NCBI GenBank assembly: GCA_964187785.1
Contig: OZ076409.1
Location: 29,638,001 to 29,702,000 of the forward strand
Source of the DNA: Amphiscolops sp. MND2022
Taxonomy: Eukaryota
Reading direction: 5' to 3'
DNA length: 64,000 nt
In this document: one piece after another, positions 47,952 through 60,680 of the stretch
Numbering within the stretch: the first letter of the stretch is position 1
Layout of the letters: every line of letters begins with the position of its first letter
Position numbers and translations under genes: made by a program
The notes under the pieces: model-generated
Databases searched by the model: none
Told to the model about the DNA's origin: nothing
What the model saw: the letters and a program-made list of their open reading frames with translations, nothing else

Positions 47952-49504
47952 TTTCCGTTGTGACGGTCAGAATTTGCCAGAATTCAATAGCGTCGTCTCT
48001 CAGAAGACTCTGGAAATAATTAAGTTTCTGCTCTTCTGTCAGTTTGTGGGCATGCGGCCGCAGATGATTGAGTAGTAGATGCTCAAACTCGTTGTACTTT
48101 TCTCTGACCCCTATGAACAACGGGACTTGAGTTTGAAAAAATTTTGGTTGTGTCGCCCATGGAGTTGCGTTGGTGATGGATTACTATCATCACATCGGTC
48201 AATTGTGGGGCGCAAGCGTCATCACTTCTGGGTGTCCCGTTCGGTGGAGTTGTTCGTGAACCCGTTGGTTGTGAGTTCGGGACTCCTGTCACCATATCGG
48301 AACGACTGTTAGCATTGGTAGTTACAGTGTTAAGTACGTTCCCTTCTCTAGGATTAGAGGGTATCTGTTTGATAAGGGCTAAGACTAGGTCAGTAAGTTC
48401 TCCGATTTGTCTATTCATTTCATTAAATCGGCGGTCAATCACATTCGTTTCAGTGTTGTTTTGTCGATTCAGAATATCATGACTGTCAAACTCTATCATT
48501 TGTTCCCTAGTAAGGACATCAGCGAAACTGGTCTCTTTTTCGTTATCACTCATCTTTGTGCTCTCTAACGTATGTTTGTCTCGAATCTTTGATCTTGTAT
48601 TGACCATAGAAGATGAAGGTATAAAGAGTTTTGAGACCTTATTGGAGTATTGAAGTCAAAATACAAGCAAAATTGTATGTTAGAGCGTAAGTAGATTGTT
48701 AATATTTTGGCGACTGTGTGGTTAAGCAGGAAAAATCTTAATGGCTGTTGTCGGATTAGACGCTTTTCACCTTCTAGCGTCTTCGCACTTTGCGGGTGTT
48801 AATTGAATACCACTTTCAGTTTCAACTGAAGAGACGACCGCGAGTACCGGTCGTTGTAGCAACCAATTATTGCACTAACTATCTAAATACTATTTCACGC
48901 TTTAATGGCTTTAGCACCTGCTTTTACAATTTCTACGGTGGGATTAAACTAATGACTGTATATTTCGGTATTCGTGGTAACTACTCTGATACTACACTTG
49001 ATGTCATGAATTATGATTGAATATGTAGATAATGGTGCGATTGTATACATATTGAAACTTGATAAACTACACAGCTATGTCAAACAGAATAAAGCGATGA
49101 CTGAGTACTCCAGTCTTACATGTGGGACTTTATGTATAAATACTAGGTTTAGGACAACAAAATGATGAAGAATGACATTGACGACTGATGATCCCAGTCA
49201 TAATTGCATGTATATTTAAACAATACAGAATATTAACTATTGGTATCAGTATATGTACCCGTTTGACGACTGTTAGTTCCAGTCGTTTTTGTGTTGCTAT
49301 TTAGACGTAGCATCGAAAAGGTAATTGATTAAAATATAAACTGCGTTCGACTACTGGATAGGCCAGTAGTCACTTGTTTGGGATCACTGCTAGCATTCTA
49401 TTCAATATAGTATTATTATTTGACGCTTTGTGCTCTTAGGAGTTTGTATAAGATAAGCTGTTTTCGGAGTTTCTGTATTTCTCTCATGCTTTTTGGGCAT
49501 GACA
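47952..49504 (-). mobile_element. Duplicated gag 5' part and 5' LTR (48295-49504) of element E
   Basis: Near-identical to 44203-45755; LTR-terminal CA mutated to TA. Confidence 0.92.
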
Positions 49505-51745
49505 CCAATAGACTTAGTGTTTTGTACAGAAGATATTCTAGTGAAATCAAGGTTACATGTATTGAACTTTGATTTGACGAAAAATTGTCCAATTGAACTA
49601 TCCATACCTCAATCAGCTAAAGCCTTCAACAACAGAACGCAATCCTTGAGAAAATGTGATGTAACCATTCTCAAGAAACTGCTCTCAGAAACAGCTCTGA
49701 GCGGTATCTGCTGTAACTCAACCCCAATTGTGGAGAAGCTTATGTTTTGTCTATATGGAGCAAAAAGTGAAAGTGTCTTTCGGCAACGTAAATCTAAACC
49801 GTGGTTCAATAAACTACTATATCAAGCATAACAATGCTTTAAAATTATGCGCAATAACTCTGACCCTGAATATTTTTGTCAAAAAAAAAAACTATTTAAA
49901 TCATTACTACAACCAACTAGAAAAAATCATTACAGTAACCAAGAACTTCGGATTATCGAGGAAGCTGAAACAGAGAGATCTAACTTCTGGAAAATTATAG
50001 GAAGCCGACCACAAACGATAAACCAAAGTGACGTCCCGATCTCATTGTGGTATGAGCATTCCAGCTGGTTATTGGGTACGAGCGCATGCGATGAATTCAT
50101 ACATCCTGTGACCAGTATTGACGATTACAATAGAGCATAATTTGAAAGTCTGTTCACTGAATCCGACGTCTGTTATTTGATAAACGCGCAACCATCTGGA
50201 AAACGGACTGGACCGGATGGCATCTCCTATGAAAGAAACAAAAAGCAAGTAGAATTACTTGCTCCACTGTTGACTCAACTATTTAATGCTTGTTGGATTT
50301 CAGGAACGATTCCTGATCAGTGTAAAATTAGTTCTTTGTTGCCACTATACAAAGGGTAAAGATCCAAAAGTGACCCAAATAAATACCGGGGTATTGCGCT
50401 GAACTCATGCGTGAAGAAACTTGTACTGGGTTAATAAATCAACAATTATATTCATGGGTTCATTGTAACAGACTGCTGCCGGACTCTCAGTATGGCCTCA
50501 GACGTGGGTATTTGACTATCAGTGTCGCCACCAACTTGAAAACGACAATTGAAAACGGAATTAGTAGTATTGGTAGATATTTTGTTTGCTTCATCGATTT
50601 TGCGAAAGCTTTTGATACGGTAGATAGAACAAAACTGATGTCTAAACTGTGTGAGTTTGGCATCGATGGAAATTCTCTACGATCAAATAAGTGCTGTGTT
50701 ACTAAGAACCTCTTCTGTATTCTGGACTCTGGTGTAATATCAGATACACTTCAAACCTATACAGCATTAGGGTGCACAGGCAAGCCTTATTTGCTCAAAG
50801 CGCAACATAGTGCTTTCAATATCTCGGATTCCACGACCATACCTTTAACCGTGCAAAATTGGCAAATTACGTCATTGGTCCCGGATTCCACAAACAAGCA
50901 TTCCACAGACAAGCAGCAAAATTTTCGTGTCCCGGATTCCACGAAAAGCAGCAAAAAGCTTGCCTGTGCACTGTAATGAGGAGTGCCACAAGGTGATAAG
51001 CTGTCGCCACTTTTATTCTCTCTCTTCGTGGCGACCTATCTTCAGTCTTGAAAACAGCTATTTGTACAGACTTTTTCTATGCTGACGAATTAGCTCTCGG
51101 ATCTACCGTTATTGACGACATACAACTTACCCTGAACTTTTTATCACGATATTGTGAGAAAAACGATCTATGTGTGAATGTGTCCAAAACAAAAGTTGTC
51201 AAACTTCGACTGGGGGAGTTTTTCACCCGCAGACCTGCTATCATACAGGTCTGATCAGACTGACATCACGCCCCACTTCCTTTACCTGGGAATATTTTTC
51301 TCAACAAAGCTTTCTGCAATTTCACATCTGAATCATGTTAATAAGAAATCTAGAAATTGTACTACCATAGAAACTTATAGAAACAGTGTTTTTGAGTTGA
51401 GGTTTGACAAGGAAACTGAACATAACTTGTCAATTTTCGGTATGTTTTGGAAACAATGGTGCAATATTTCACAACACTTTCCACAACACTCATTAATCAT
51501 AGTTTTATCGATGGCGCCCACGGAATAAAGTTTTGTAAACCGAGCAAGAGACGCCCATTTGCAATATTCTACCGTAATGGCCTCGACAATCTGCTATGTG
51601 ACACCCGAAGCTGTTATTTTGTGTCAAAAGTCTGTGTGTGTAAGCTCTGTGGGTCAATATTGAGCTGCAATAATCATCTGGTCATTTGTAGTACCTCACT
51701 TTTTTATGCCTTTGCATTACGTGAAAGAATAATAAAATTAAACTA
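49505..51745 (+). pseudogene. Decayed LINE ORF2, copy 2, with its 3' end
   Basis: Same motifs as copy 1; Cys-rich C-terminus followed by AATAAA. Confidence 0.88.
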
Positions 51746-54700
51746 TCTGACGGATGCAGCTTAGAATGCAAGGACCACCAATGCAATTCTAACATTATTT
51801 CATTTTATCTCGTTTTTGGTGCGATCTTTATATTTTACTTTCATTTATTTTAATTATTAGGCGTTTTAGTTTCTCTTTAAATTGGCACGTGCGCTGGTTT
51901 TTCATATATTACACAACGCTCTCTGAAAACTGCTCGTTCCATTTACATAACACTGTTGTTTCTTTTATGTAGAAACGTGAATTCAATTATTCATTCATTC
52001 GTTTTCGCCATTTCCAATGCAAAACCAGGTCCGAGCAAGACCGAGCGAGAACGCAGAGAACGTAAAAGCTTGAGGGCTTAGAAAAGCTCTAGAAAAAGTT
52101 TCGATTTCAGGTGCTAACCCTGGTTTTCATTAGATTTGGCATTACGCTATCTTAAGTAGCGGAAACTAGCTAATTGAGTCTTGTAATTTAATTATCTTTG
52201 TTTGGTGCTTGGAGTTCCTGCGGCCCAGCTTTTAGCTGTGTGGCTTGCCATATTCGTGCCTGTTCTGATGTATTTTCACTGGTTTTAGCTAGCTCGAGCG
52301 CTAGTTTTTGCAGTTTATACCCATTACCCATTTTAGAACTTATTCGCCATGTCACCCTGGAATTGGAAGTTTACCTTACACTAGGCATTGCTTTTATATG
52401 CTAGTTAGGCCGTGGTCTTCAGAGAGTCAGGAAGATGCCCGTTACTATTAGCAATCAAAAACCGTTTATCCAGAGTTTTTGCATGTTTTTTAGATGATAT
52501 GATTTTAGTTGCTGGTGTTTTGCCTGTATTTCGGGGGATTTTCGCGAATACCTGTGGTATGATTTTAAAGGTATTTGTTGACAGATATGGTCTAAATTGC
52601 ACGTTCCCATTAGCGGGTATCTTTGTAATGGCTTAGCGAATCGCTAGGAAGCCGTTACGCATGTCGTAACAGGTGTTTTGCAGCTTTTTTCAATGTTTTT
52701 GGCCATGTACGAGGTATTCAGTTGATGGATGCGCCATGTTACATTCGCCTAATAGATGAGCAGAAACGAGTGTTCCCGACTCTCCATTGCTATTTCCCGT
52801 GGAGACGTGGTAAAAGCATGGTTTTTGGCGGAAAGCTAGACTGACGTTGTCGACGGTCCAAACCGTTGCTCTCTAGCTGGTCTGGGTGTTGAGAAGGACG
52901 ATGGCGAAGGTACAACCCCTCATTCCGAAAGAATCAGTTTTTTAAACTATGGTATGAAAAAATTTTTGATTGTGTATTTTTTGACAGGGAATTGTTTGTT
53001 CATGCTAGTTTTTCCCTTTTGCAACTTAATGTGTGCTTTTGCACCTGTTTTCAATGGAAAAAGTTCGATTTTGAGTGTTTTTTGATACGAGCTCGAGCGC
53101 TCTAGGTATCAGTCACAGCACTTGCAAAAATGGATTGAAAGCAGCTCTAACATATAGCTGCTACATATAGTATTGTCCACCAGAAAAGCTGTTGGAGTCC
53201 TTTTTTTGGACGCCTTTTGCATGAAAAAACAGGGTTTTTGGCGAAATTGGTAAAGAACCAGCAAGAATTGCTACTGGGAGAGTGCCAGATAGTGATGTAA
53301 TTGCCTCTTTCATGCTGCTGTTAGTTTGGGGCACACTCCACAGTACCAAAAAGACGATTTAAAAGAGTTTGTAACGATATCTTAGCGATCACAGGTCTAA
53401 AAACCAGATATTTGACCAGTTCCAGGAGTGCCAGAGTGCATAATTAAAACCTCTAAGGCACTTAGTGTTTTCGTGACCTGGGAGCCTGAGCGCACTCATT
53501 TTATGTTTTTATAGTAAAAATAACGTGTGGTGGTGAAAACTGAATGTTTAAATTCCCATTCAGTGCTGAGAAAATTGGAAAAAACGAACTGAATTTGATC
53601 AATTTTCCACAAAACCGGACTTTCTCCACTTGTTAGGGTCAGGTCATTGATTCCCAAACCCTAGCTAAAAAGTGGTGGCATTTTCGTAACCACCACCAAA
53701 ACAATTGCTAATGGTGCTTAACGCTAACCAAAGTCGATAAAAGTTCTCTGACGTTTTGACATCAGAAATCGTACACGTTTGTTGAAAAATTGGCAAAAAC
53801 GTACTGTACAAAAAAGGTGATGAAACGCAAAGGACTTTTGGAAGTTCCTGAACACTTTAACCGGGAAGTGGGACAAACTGCAGCCCACTGACGTAATTTG
53901 TGCTAGTCGGTGCATTGTTAGCAAGAAAACCAAGCCGCTAACTCACACCGGTGTTTGGAAGTTGTACAATAAGTGTGCATTTTGACTCCTACTGATACAC
54001 AGGAGTGCCGCACGTCTATACCGCGGTGAAACAGTGTATAAGATTCGGGGCCCAAATCAAAGCTCAGTTCCGTGTACCTACGTGTGCGTAGGATCCTCTG
54101 GTCAGTTTTGAGCTGGATCCGACCCTCGAGTAACGAATACAAGCCACTTGTGTTTTTTTGTACTCTCCGAGAAAGTTCAAAATATGTTTTAAACGTCTCA
54201 TGCTTGTCTCAGCGAGTGTGTAGCTCCGATATAAGTTGTGGGTTGATAACAACTGCTTGAATGAGTTTGAACTCGCTACAACCTATAGAAGTGATTTCGA
54301 CTAGCTTAGACGTGCATATCGTGATTTTGACTTAAGGTTTCACCGAGACGAAAACTTGGACAGTGGGAAAAACCCACTTTACGTGTTGGGAACCTGTCAA
54401 AAACCTCCTAGTGTGAATTCCTATTCGTCAATTCAATGCTGTCCGTGTGAATTTTGATCAGTATCGAGTGTGCTGCATTGCTGGAACATAGCATTTTGTT
54501 ACTTGCTGTTGTGATATCCTGTGTATTGTAACGAATTGACCATTTTGGGAATTATCGGCGCACCTTATCGAAAATTGGAACTACATTGCCTTGGAGTTTT
54601 GTTACCAGTGTCATTTGGTACACCGATGCAGGAAAAGAGAGCTTGCGAGCTCAACACTGTGGACGAGAGTTTTCGGTTGCACGTGAAAAATCGTGTCAAA

Positions 54701-55563
54701 TGAAGACACAGTGATACGGAACACCTGTATCGTATCTGGAACTTATTCAATAGTCTGAGCCCTTATTGCTTCTTGGAGTGTACCTGGCTACACGAGGGAT
54801 CCCGTAGCTAATTTTGAGCCCGATGCTACGACTCTAGACTTGGTACGAGCCATTTGAGTAAATTTATAAAAAATTTGAAATATCCAAAAATTGGTGAAAA
54901 AGTCTCTAACTTGTAGCAGGAGGTAGTTTTCAGCTTCGTGAGGTCATTTTTCTAACTTTGGTGACTGAGCAACTGTGCTGTGCAGTTTTCTACCTAGTAC
55001 TTCTGATAGAATTGAGTTTAGTACCCAGGGTGTATTAAGTCTGGACCTTATCAGTCCCTGCAAGGTGAACAAATGACGGCTGCGTCGGTGCACACAACGC
55101 CCGCTTGTAGACAGGCCACAAACTCATATCAGTGCGCGCGCTGCTTGGAGAATACTTGCTCAGGACGACGCAAGCTGGTGGTGCATTCTGCGGAAGGACG
55201 TCATATTCATGACCCAGATAGTAAACCTCAGCAAGCTGCTGCAGCAAGATTTTTCCAACCTCGTCTATTCAATCGAAATTTTCAGCTCGAAGGCTGAAGT
55301 AGAAGAGAAAGCGGACGCAGCGCAAACTGCACCCACTGCTTATGACAGTTATCTGTGGCACAAAGCAGGTGCAGAAAAGCTTGGAATCCACAACATTCTA
55401 CCCTTATAGCCGAACTTTACTGTCTGTACTTCTAATTCTAGCTTCGGAGCAAGAAATACGCCCGGATTTGACTTTAAAAAATTGAAGCTAACAATCCGGC
55501 TGTCAAAAGGATCTCCTTACAATGCCAAAAGAGTGGTAAACCGAAGGTGAAGCTAGTACGTGC

Positions 55564-58500
55564 ATGACGTACACCCCAGTTCCTGTGCATGCCAACATAG
55601 ATGGTGTGGACTTGAAATTCGATGCAAGCGTGGTAGTAGATGTGTTTCGTCAAGGAGGTTTTCTAGGGCCACATGAACTAGGCTGCTACAGCATCAGCAA
55701 GCAGGAGCCCACAGGTGAGGCCCGTATTGATCAGCGTGCGTCGCTCGTGGTATCGTTCGCAGTGCCAGATGCTAACCCTATTCCACTGAGAGGATAGGCC
55801 GATACGGGGTCAGGCGTTTCCATCATGACTTTTTCAACTGTGTAGACTTGCAGACAGGTGTGGCGACACAACCTCACCGAATCCACTTGTTTGCTGTTCA
55901 CGAAAAGAAACAATAAAAACGTTTGGGAAAGCGGTGCGTGTACGCTTCCAACTAGGTGGATACGATTTCGAAACCAATGTCGTGGTCGTGGATGATGCCA
56001 ATGGGTTGGAAGACTTCTTGCTGGGCAGGAATTTCCTGCGAGCATATAACGTGCTCGTAGTTCTGACCTCTATAAAAACAGTGGTGCGAGCCCCGGCTAA
56101 GCCCGTGTGGCATCACGCACAGGCTCAAACGGGTGATGAAACTTTATCCAATACAGTAGTTTTGGATCAGGACGTGGTGCTCCAGCTATTTGAACGTGAT
56201 GTTCTACGTGGCAAGGTGGTCACTTTGGACTTCGAAGCTTTGGCGTTCAGAAAAGTGGTGATAAACTTTGCAACACCGAACAGAATGCTGAAGAACACTA
56301 TATTCGTGGAAGACACACATGTCTCTGTTGGCAATCTGACGAGCAATGCCCAGAAAGTAAAGCGCGGCACCATGCTTGCGGCACCTCGAGCCAACAACGA
56401 GGAAGGTGACGAAAAGTCGAAATCGCCAAACAATTTTGTCTACAGGATCTATTCTGAAATTGATCTGAGCTCCCAATCAATTTTTTTTGTCGTCCTCGGA
56501 GTTCGAGTTTCTTTCCTCTAAAGATCCGTCGGAGGAGGAACTGTTAGAGCGCGAGGGGAGGAAACGCACTGACCCTGATCTATTGGCCCCTATTTCAGGA
56601 CCCGAGTCTCATTTGAAGGACGTACAAAAGTTGTGGAGACAAACTGCCCGCGACTCTCTGAATAACATCTAACTGAGTTTGACGAAATTCTCATGAAACA
56701 CAAAGCGAACATTGGCCGCTGTAAAATTGCCAAACATACGGTCGAGATTGAACCTTGAGCTACACCTCATCGAGGGGGAGACAGACGGATGTCACGCGAG
56801 AAAGCAGAGCGCGTCAACCAGGAGGTCCCAACCTCTTACCTTTGATCATGATCCAACCCTCGCTGTCACCTTGGGCGAGTGGGAGCGTGATGGTCAAGAA
56901 GAAAAATGGGAAGTTGCGTTTCAGCTGCGACTTTCGCCCCCTCAACGCAGTGACCATAAGAGACGCGTATCCACTTCCGCTCATTGACGAAAGTCTCTCT
57001 CGCTTGGGTAAGGCCAAGATTTACACCAGTATTGATTTGGTCTGGGCTTTCTGGCAAATACCAGTACGCAAAGCAGAAAGACAGATGACGGCTTTTACTT
57101 GCGAGCTGGGTTAGTTTGAATGGCGCCGGATGCCCTTGGGGATGTGTAACGCTTCAGCTACGTTTCAACGAGCCATAGCGCGAGCGCTACGGAAAGTCGA
57201 GAACCGGGAAGGGAGCATAGTAATGGCGTACATTGACGACAATGTCATTGCTACCGAGACAGTTGAGGACCACAAGGTGCGCTTACGCGTGGTGTTTGAA
57301 TGTCTGCGCGAAGCTGGCTTCAAGATGAGAGTCGCTAAGTGAGACTTTATGAAGTTGGAAATCAAGTACCTGGGACGTGTGGTCTCTGCCGAAGGTATCA
57401 AACCGGATCCTAAAGCAGTGTCTAAACTGCGCGATTGGGAGGTACCCAGGAACAAGACAGAGCTGCAAAGCTTTCTGGTCTTCGCCAATTATTATCGCCA
57501 GTTTTTTCCTTTGCATGCCACACTTGTGGCCCCCTTGCATGCTATTACAGGGCTTGGTGCAAATTTCGCCTGGAGGGATGAGCAGCAACAGGCATTTAAC
57601 AACACTAAGTTGGCTTTGATCGGACAACTGCCTTGGCACAACCGAACTTGGAGGGCGAATTTTTGCTGGACACTGATGCCAGTGCTGTTGCACTTTCTGG
57701 CATTTCACATCAATGGGAAGGTCCTCCGGGCAAAAAGCAAAAAATTGAATGCCACTATTGCGAAGTTCGGTGCTCCCAAGCTGCCGCCAGAAGGGTCATC
57801 CTGAGGGTCAAGGCTGGCAAAATAACAACATGTTGTTAATAACAACCTTTTATTTAACATGTTAATAACTGTTTGATAGTAACATTGTGTTATTAACACA
57901 TTTGAAAGTCAGACTACCTCCAATGCAGTCGTGAGTTGTTTACTAACTTTTCTAACTTTTCAGATTGTTTTATGCATGGCGCCCCCCAAAAAAGCTATTT
58001 GGCAAAACTTTTCTGAGGTTATTGTCGATGGTGTGAAAAGGGCAAAGTGCAGGAAGTGTGAAGAAAGTGTTGTGAACAACCCTTCGAGAATGGAAAGAAA
58101 AGTTCTCACTGTTATTAAGTTTGTGCGTAATACGCATGATTGCTCAACAGCTTTGAAAGAAAATGTTTGGAGAGGCCATATTGCCGGAGCTGACAAAGTA
58201 CATGGGTCAAGTTGCCCCATATTCAAGTTATTTGTTTCTGGACTCCTATAAAGCGGTTAACCCTTGTGCTTGGTGGAGAAGTGGGAAAAAACTTGGTTTT
58301 GACGAAGCGCTGACAAATGCAGCTCTTACTCTTGTTGACGCAGTTGCATCTGCTGGGCTGGAGCGCAGTTTCTCGACCCTCTCATTTACGTATGGCAAGT
58401 TGCGTAGCAGCTTAGGTGTGGAAAAAGCTGGTAAAATGGCTTTCTTGTGGAAGCAATTGAACAAACCTTGATTTGTTTGATTATAACCAAAAATGTGTTA

Positions 58501-60680
58501 ATTAACATGTTTTTATTGAAATTAACATGTTTTGTTGTTAACAAGCTGTTCAAACTAACATTTGGCCAGCCCTGCTGAGGGTTGACAACCAAGCCCTTTC
58601 TTGGCTGAAAACGTACTCCACTGATCAGGCCTCAATTGGTCGATGGATAATGGCGCTCGAGAATACCATTTTAAAGTGGAGCATCGTCCTAGACTTCAGC
58701 ATTGCAATGCCGATTGACTCAATAAACGAACCAACGTTTATCAATGGCGAGAAAAGCAGCTCGAAAAGCTGCCACTTGTTGAGGACAAATGGAATTTCCT
58801 CTCACAAGAGGAATTTGACCAGCTGCCCGTTACACCTTGGTTCGACTTGTACGGTCCATAGATACCCAATCACCCCCAGCAGCCTGCTCACTTTGGGAAC
58901 ACTAAACCAGACCGCAAAAACGCAGTTTGTCGTGTTGCACGACGGCGTAAGTGCCGTCAGGCAGCTGAGAGAAGGGAGGGGGCACAGCGCGCTCCTCTAC
59001 CTGAAGCACCAATGCCTACATTAAAAACACATGATGACTTCTTGCGAGACCATCCCGAGGACTAGATTGACGTCACTGAGGAGGCTAGGCAAGATTTCTC
59101 CCTCACGTGTGACCTATGCTCTCGATGAAACAGTAAAGCAAGGCATGGCTACCGCTCCAACGGTGGTTAAGCAAGCTGCCCTAGCCATCAAAAACATAGA
59201 CACGGAGCTTCGCGAACATGCCAACACGATGCATGTTATGAAGGATCTGCATTTGGCACAGAACCGTGATGTGCATGTGTTAGCCATTACAAAATTGCTG
59301 GCAAAAAACCCAACGATCACGATGTTTTTCCTGAGGACGTGCGCTCGTTCACGAACTATCACGAACAGAACAAAGATCACCTGTTCATCAACAAAAATGT
59401 GGTCCTTTGCGTGAAGTATCCCCTTCAGCGACGTCTTTTGCACGAACGTTCGTGCATGATCGTTATGCCGCAATTGTACCAGCATGAAATTTTATTTCGT
59501 GCTCACGATGCCATGGGCCAGCAAGGCTTGCTAAGGTGCTGGCGCGAATACAGGCACGCCATACCTGGCCAGGCATTCGTCGTAGCGTTGGTCAGTACGT
59601 GAGTCAGTGCCTCGCGTGTCAGCAAGTACGTGACAAACAGGGTGACATTCGATTTTACCTGAAAAATATCCAAAGTGAGTATTTCAATGAGTTGGTCAGT
59701 ACAACCATCTTAAAACTTGCCCCTCAGATGGCAACAACACGGGCATTTTGGTGATGATTGATCACTTCTCCCAGTTTGTGGAGGCTGAAACGGTTCCCCA
59801 GACACGGCACGTCTTCGCACATGCAATCAGACAACGCCCCCAATTTGACTGCAGAGTTGTCCAACTAGTTCATGAGGGCATCTCAGGTCACAAAAGTCAC
59901 CCCGATAGCGGGTCACCTGCGCACCCAAGGCCTGGTTGAACGACAAAACCGGACCTTGCTGACGCTCCTACGGGTATTCTGCTCGCGTCGCATGAAAGAA
60001 TGGGACCAGCATTTTGACGAAGTCATGGGAGCGTATAACTCGACACGCCACGCCCGACAGGGTTTTCACCCTACATGCTGACCCGAGGGACCGAAAAGGC
60101 GATTCCTCTCACTTATCTGTATCCTGAGTTCGCAGCTAGATCATTTGAATCACATGGGGCCTATGTGCAGCATATTCTTGCTCGACAACAAGAGATTCAT
60201 GACTTGGTACAAAGAAACACGCATCAGGCCCAACTACGTCAGAAGTTGAAGTATGATCGCGTCATTTGTGCGAACGCATACAACGTAGGAGACCCTGTTT
60301 GGGTGTTCTGCCGCCATGTACCCCGAAAGAGATCACCGGAATTGTTGAAAGCTTGGCATGGACCGCACAAGGTTTTCCATATACTACAGGATGGCCGGGT
60401 TTATATCATAGACTCAGGACGAAAAGTGCACTTCGAGCGGCTGAAACCTCATCATGGTGGACCTACAGAGTTTGTTGCGCCTCCCGCGGGGAGTGGCGAA
60501 GTGGTCGTTGTAATGGATCCTGAGCCCGAGCGCTCTGCTGACAGAGATCCTTGTTGACTGCTCGCAACACTTGAATCGCGAAGAGGAACCGCTATCTGAA
60601 GCATCAAATGTTTCTCTTCTATCAAGGAGACGCCACTAGATGGACACGAGGCTGCGCACTAGAATGCGAACTGGAGGCCG
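55564..60680 (+). mobile_element. pol: Gypsy element F, decayed pol (PR-RT-RH-IN), different lineage
   Basis: DTGSG, LLGRNFL, SPWASG..VKKKNGKLRF, MPLGMCNA, YIDD, LDTDAS, IDHFS, GLVERQNRT, VHFERLK. Confidence 0.9.
57809..58574 (+). mobile_element. Internally deleted hAT DNA transposon (766 bp) inserted in RNase H of element F
   Basis: TIR CA(A/G)GGCTGGC, 8-bp TSD CTGAGGGT; BED-finger start (IWQNF...AKCRKC) and dimerization domain (AWW...ERSFS...LRSSL). Confidence 0.92.

Larger units (their letters stand above)
44203..51712 (+). repeat. Tandem duplication, unit about 3.75 kb (44203-47951 / 47952-51712)
   Basis: ORF pairs offset by 3749 (e.g. 44334/48083); scattered substitutions and a 14-bp indel. 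Confidence 0.95.

Noticed and set aside
51750..55560. LTR or gag of element F
   Set aside because: No second LTR, convincing PBS or gag motif found; left unannotated.
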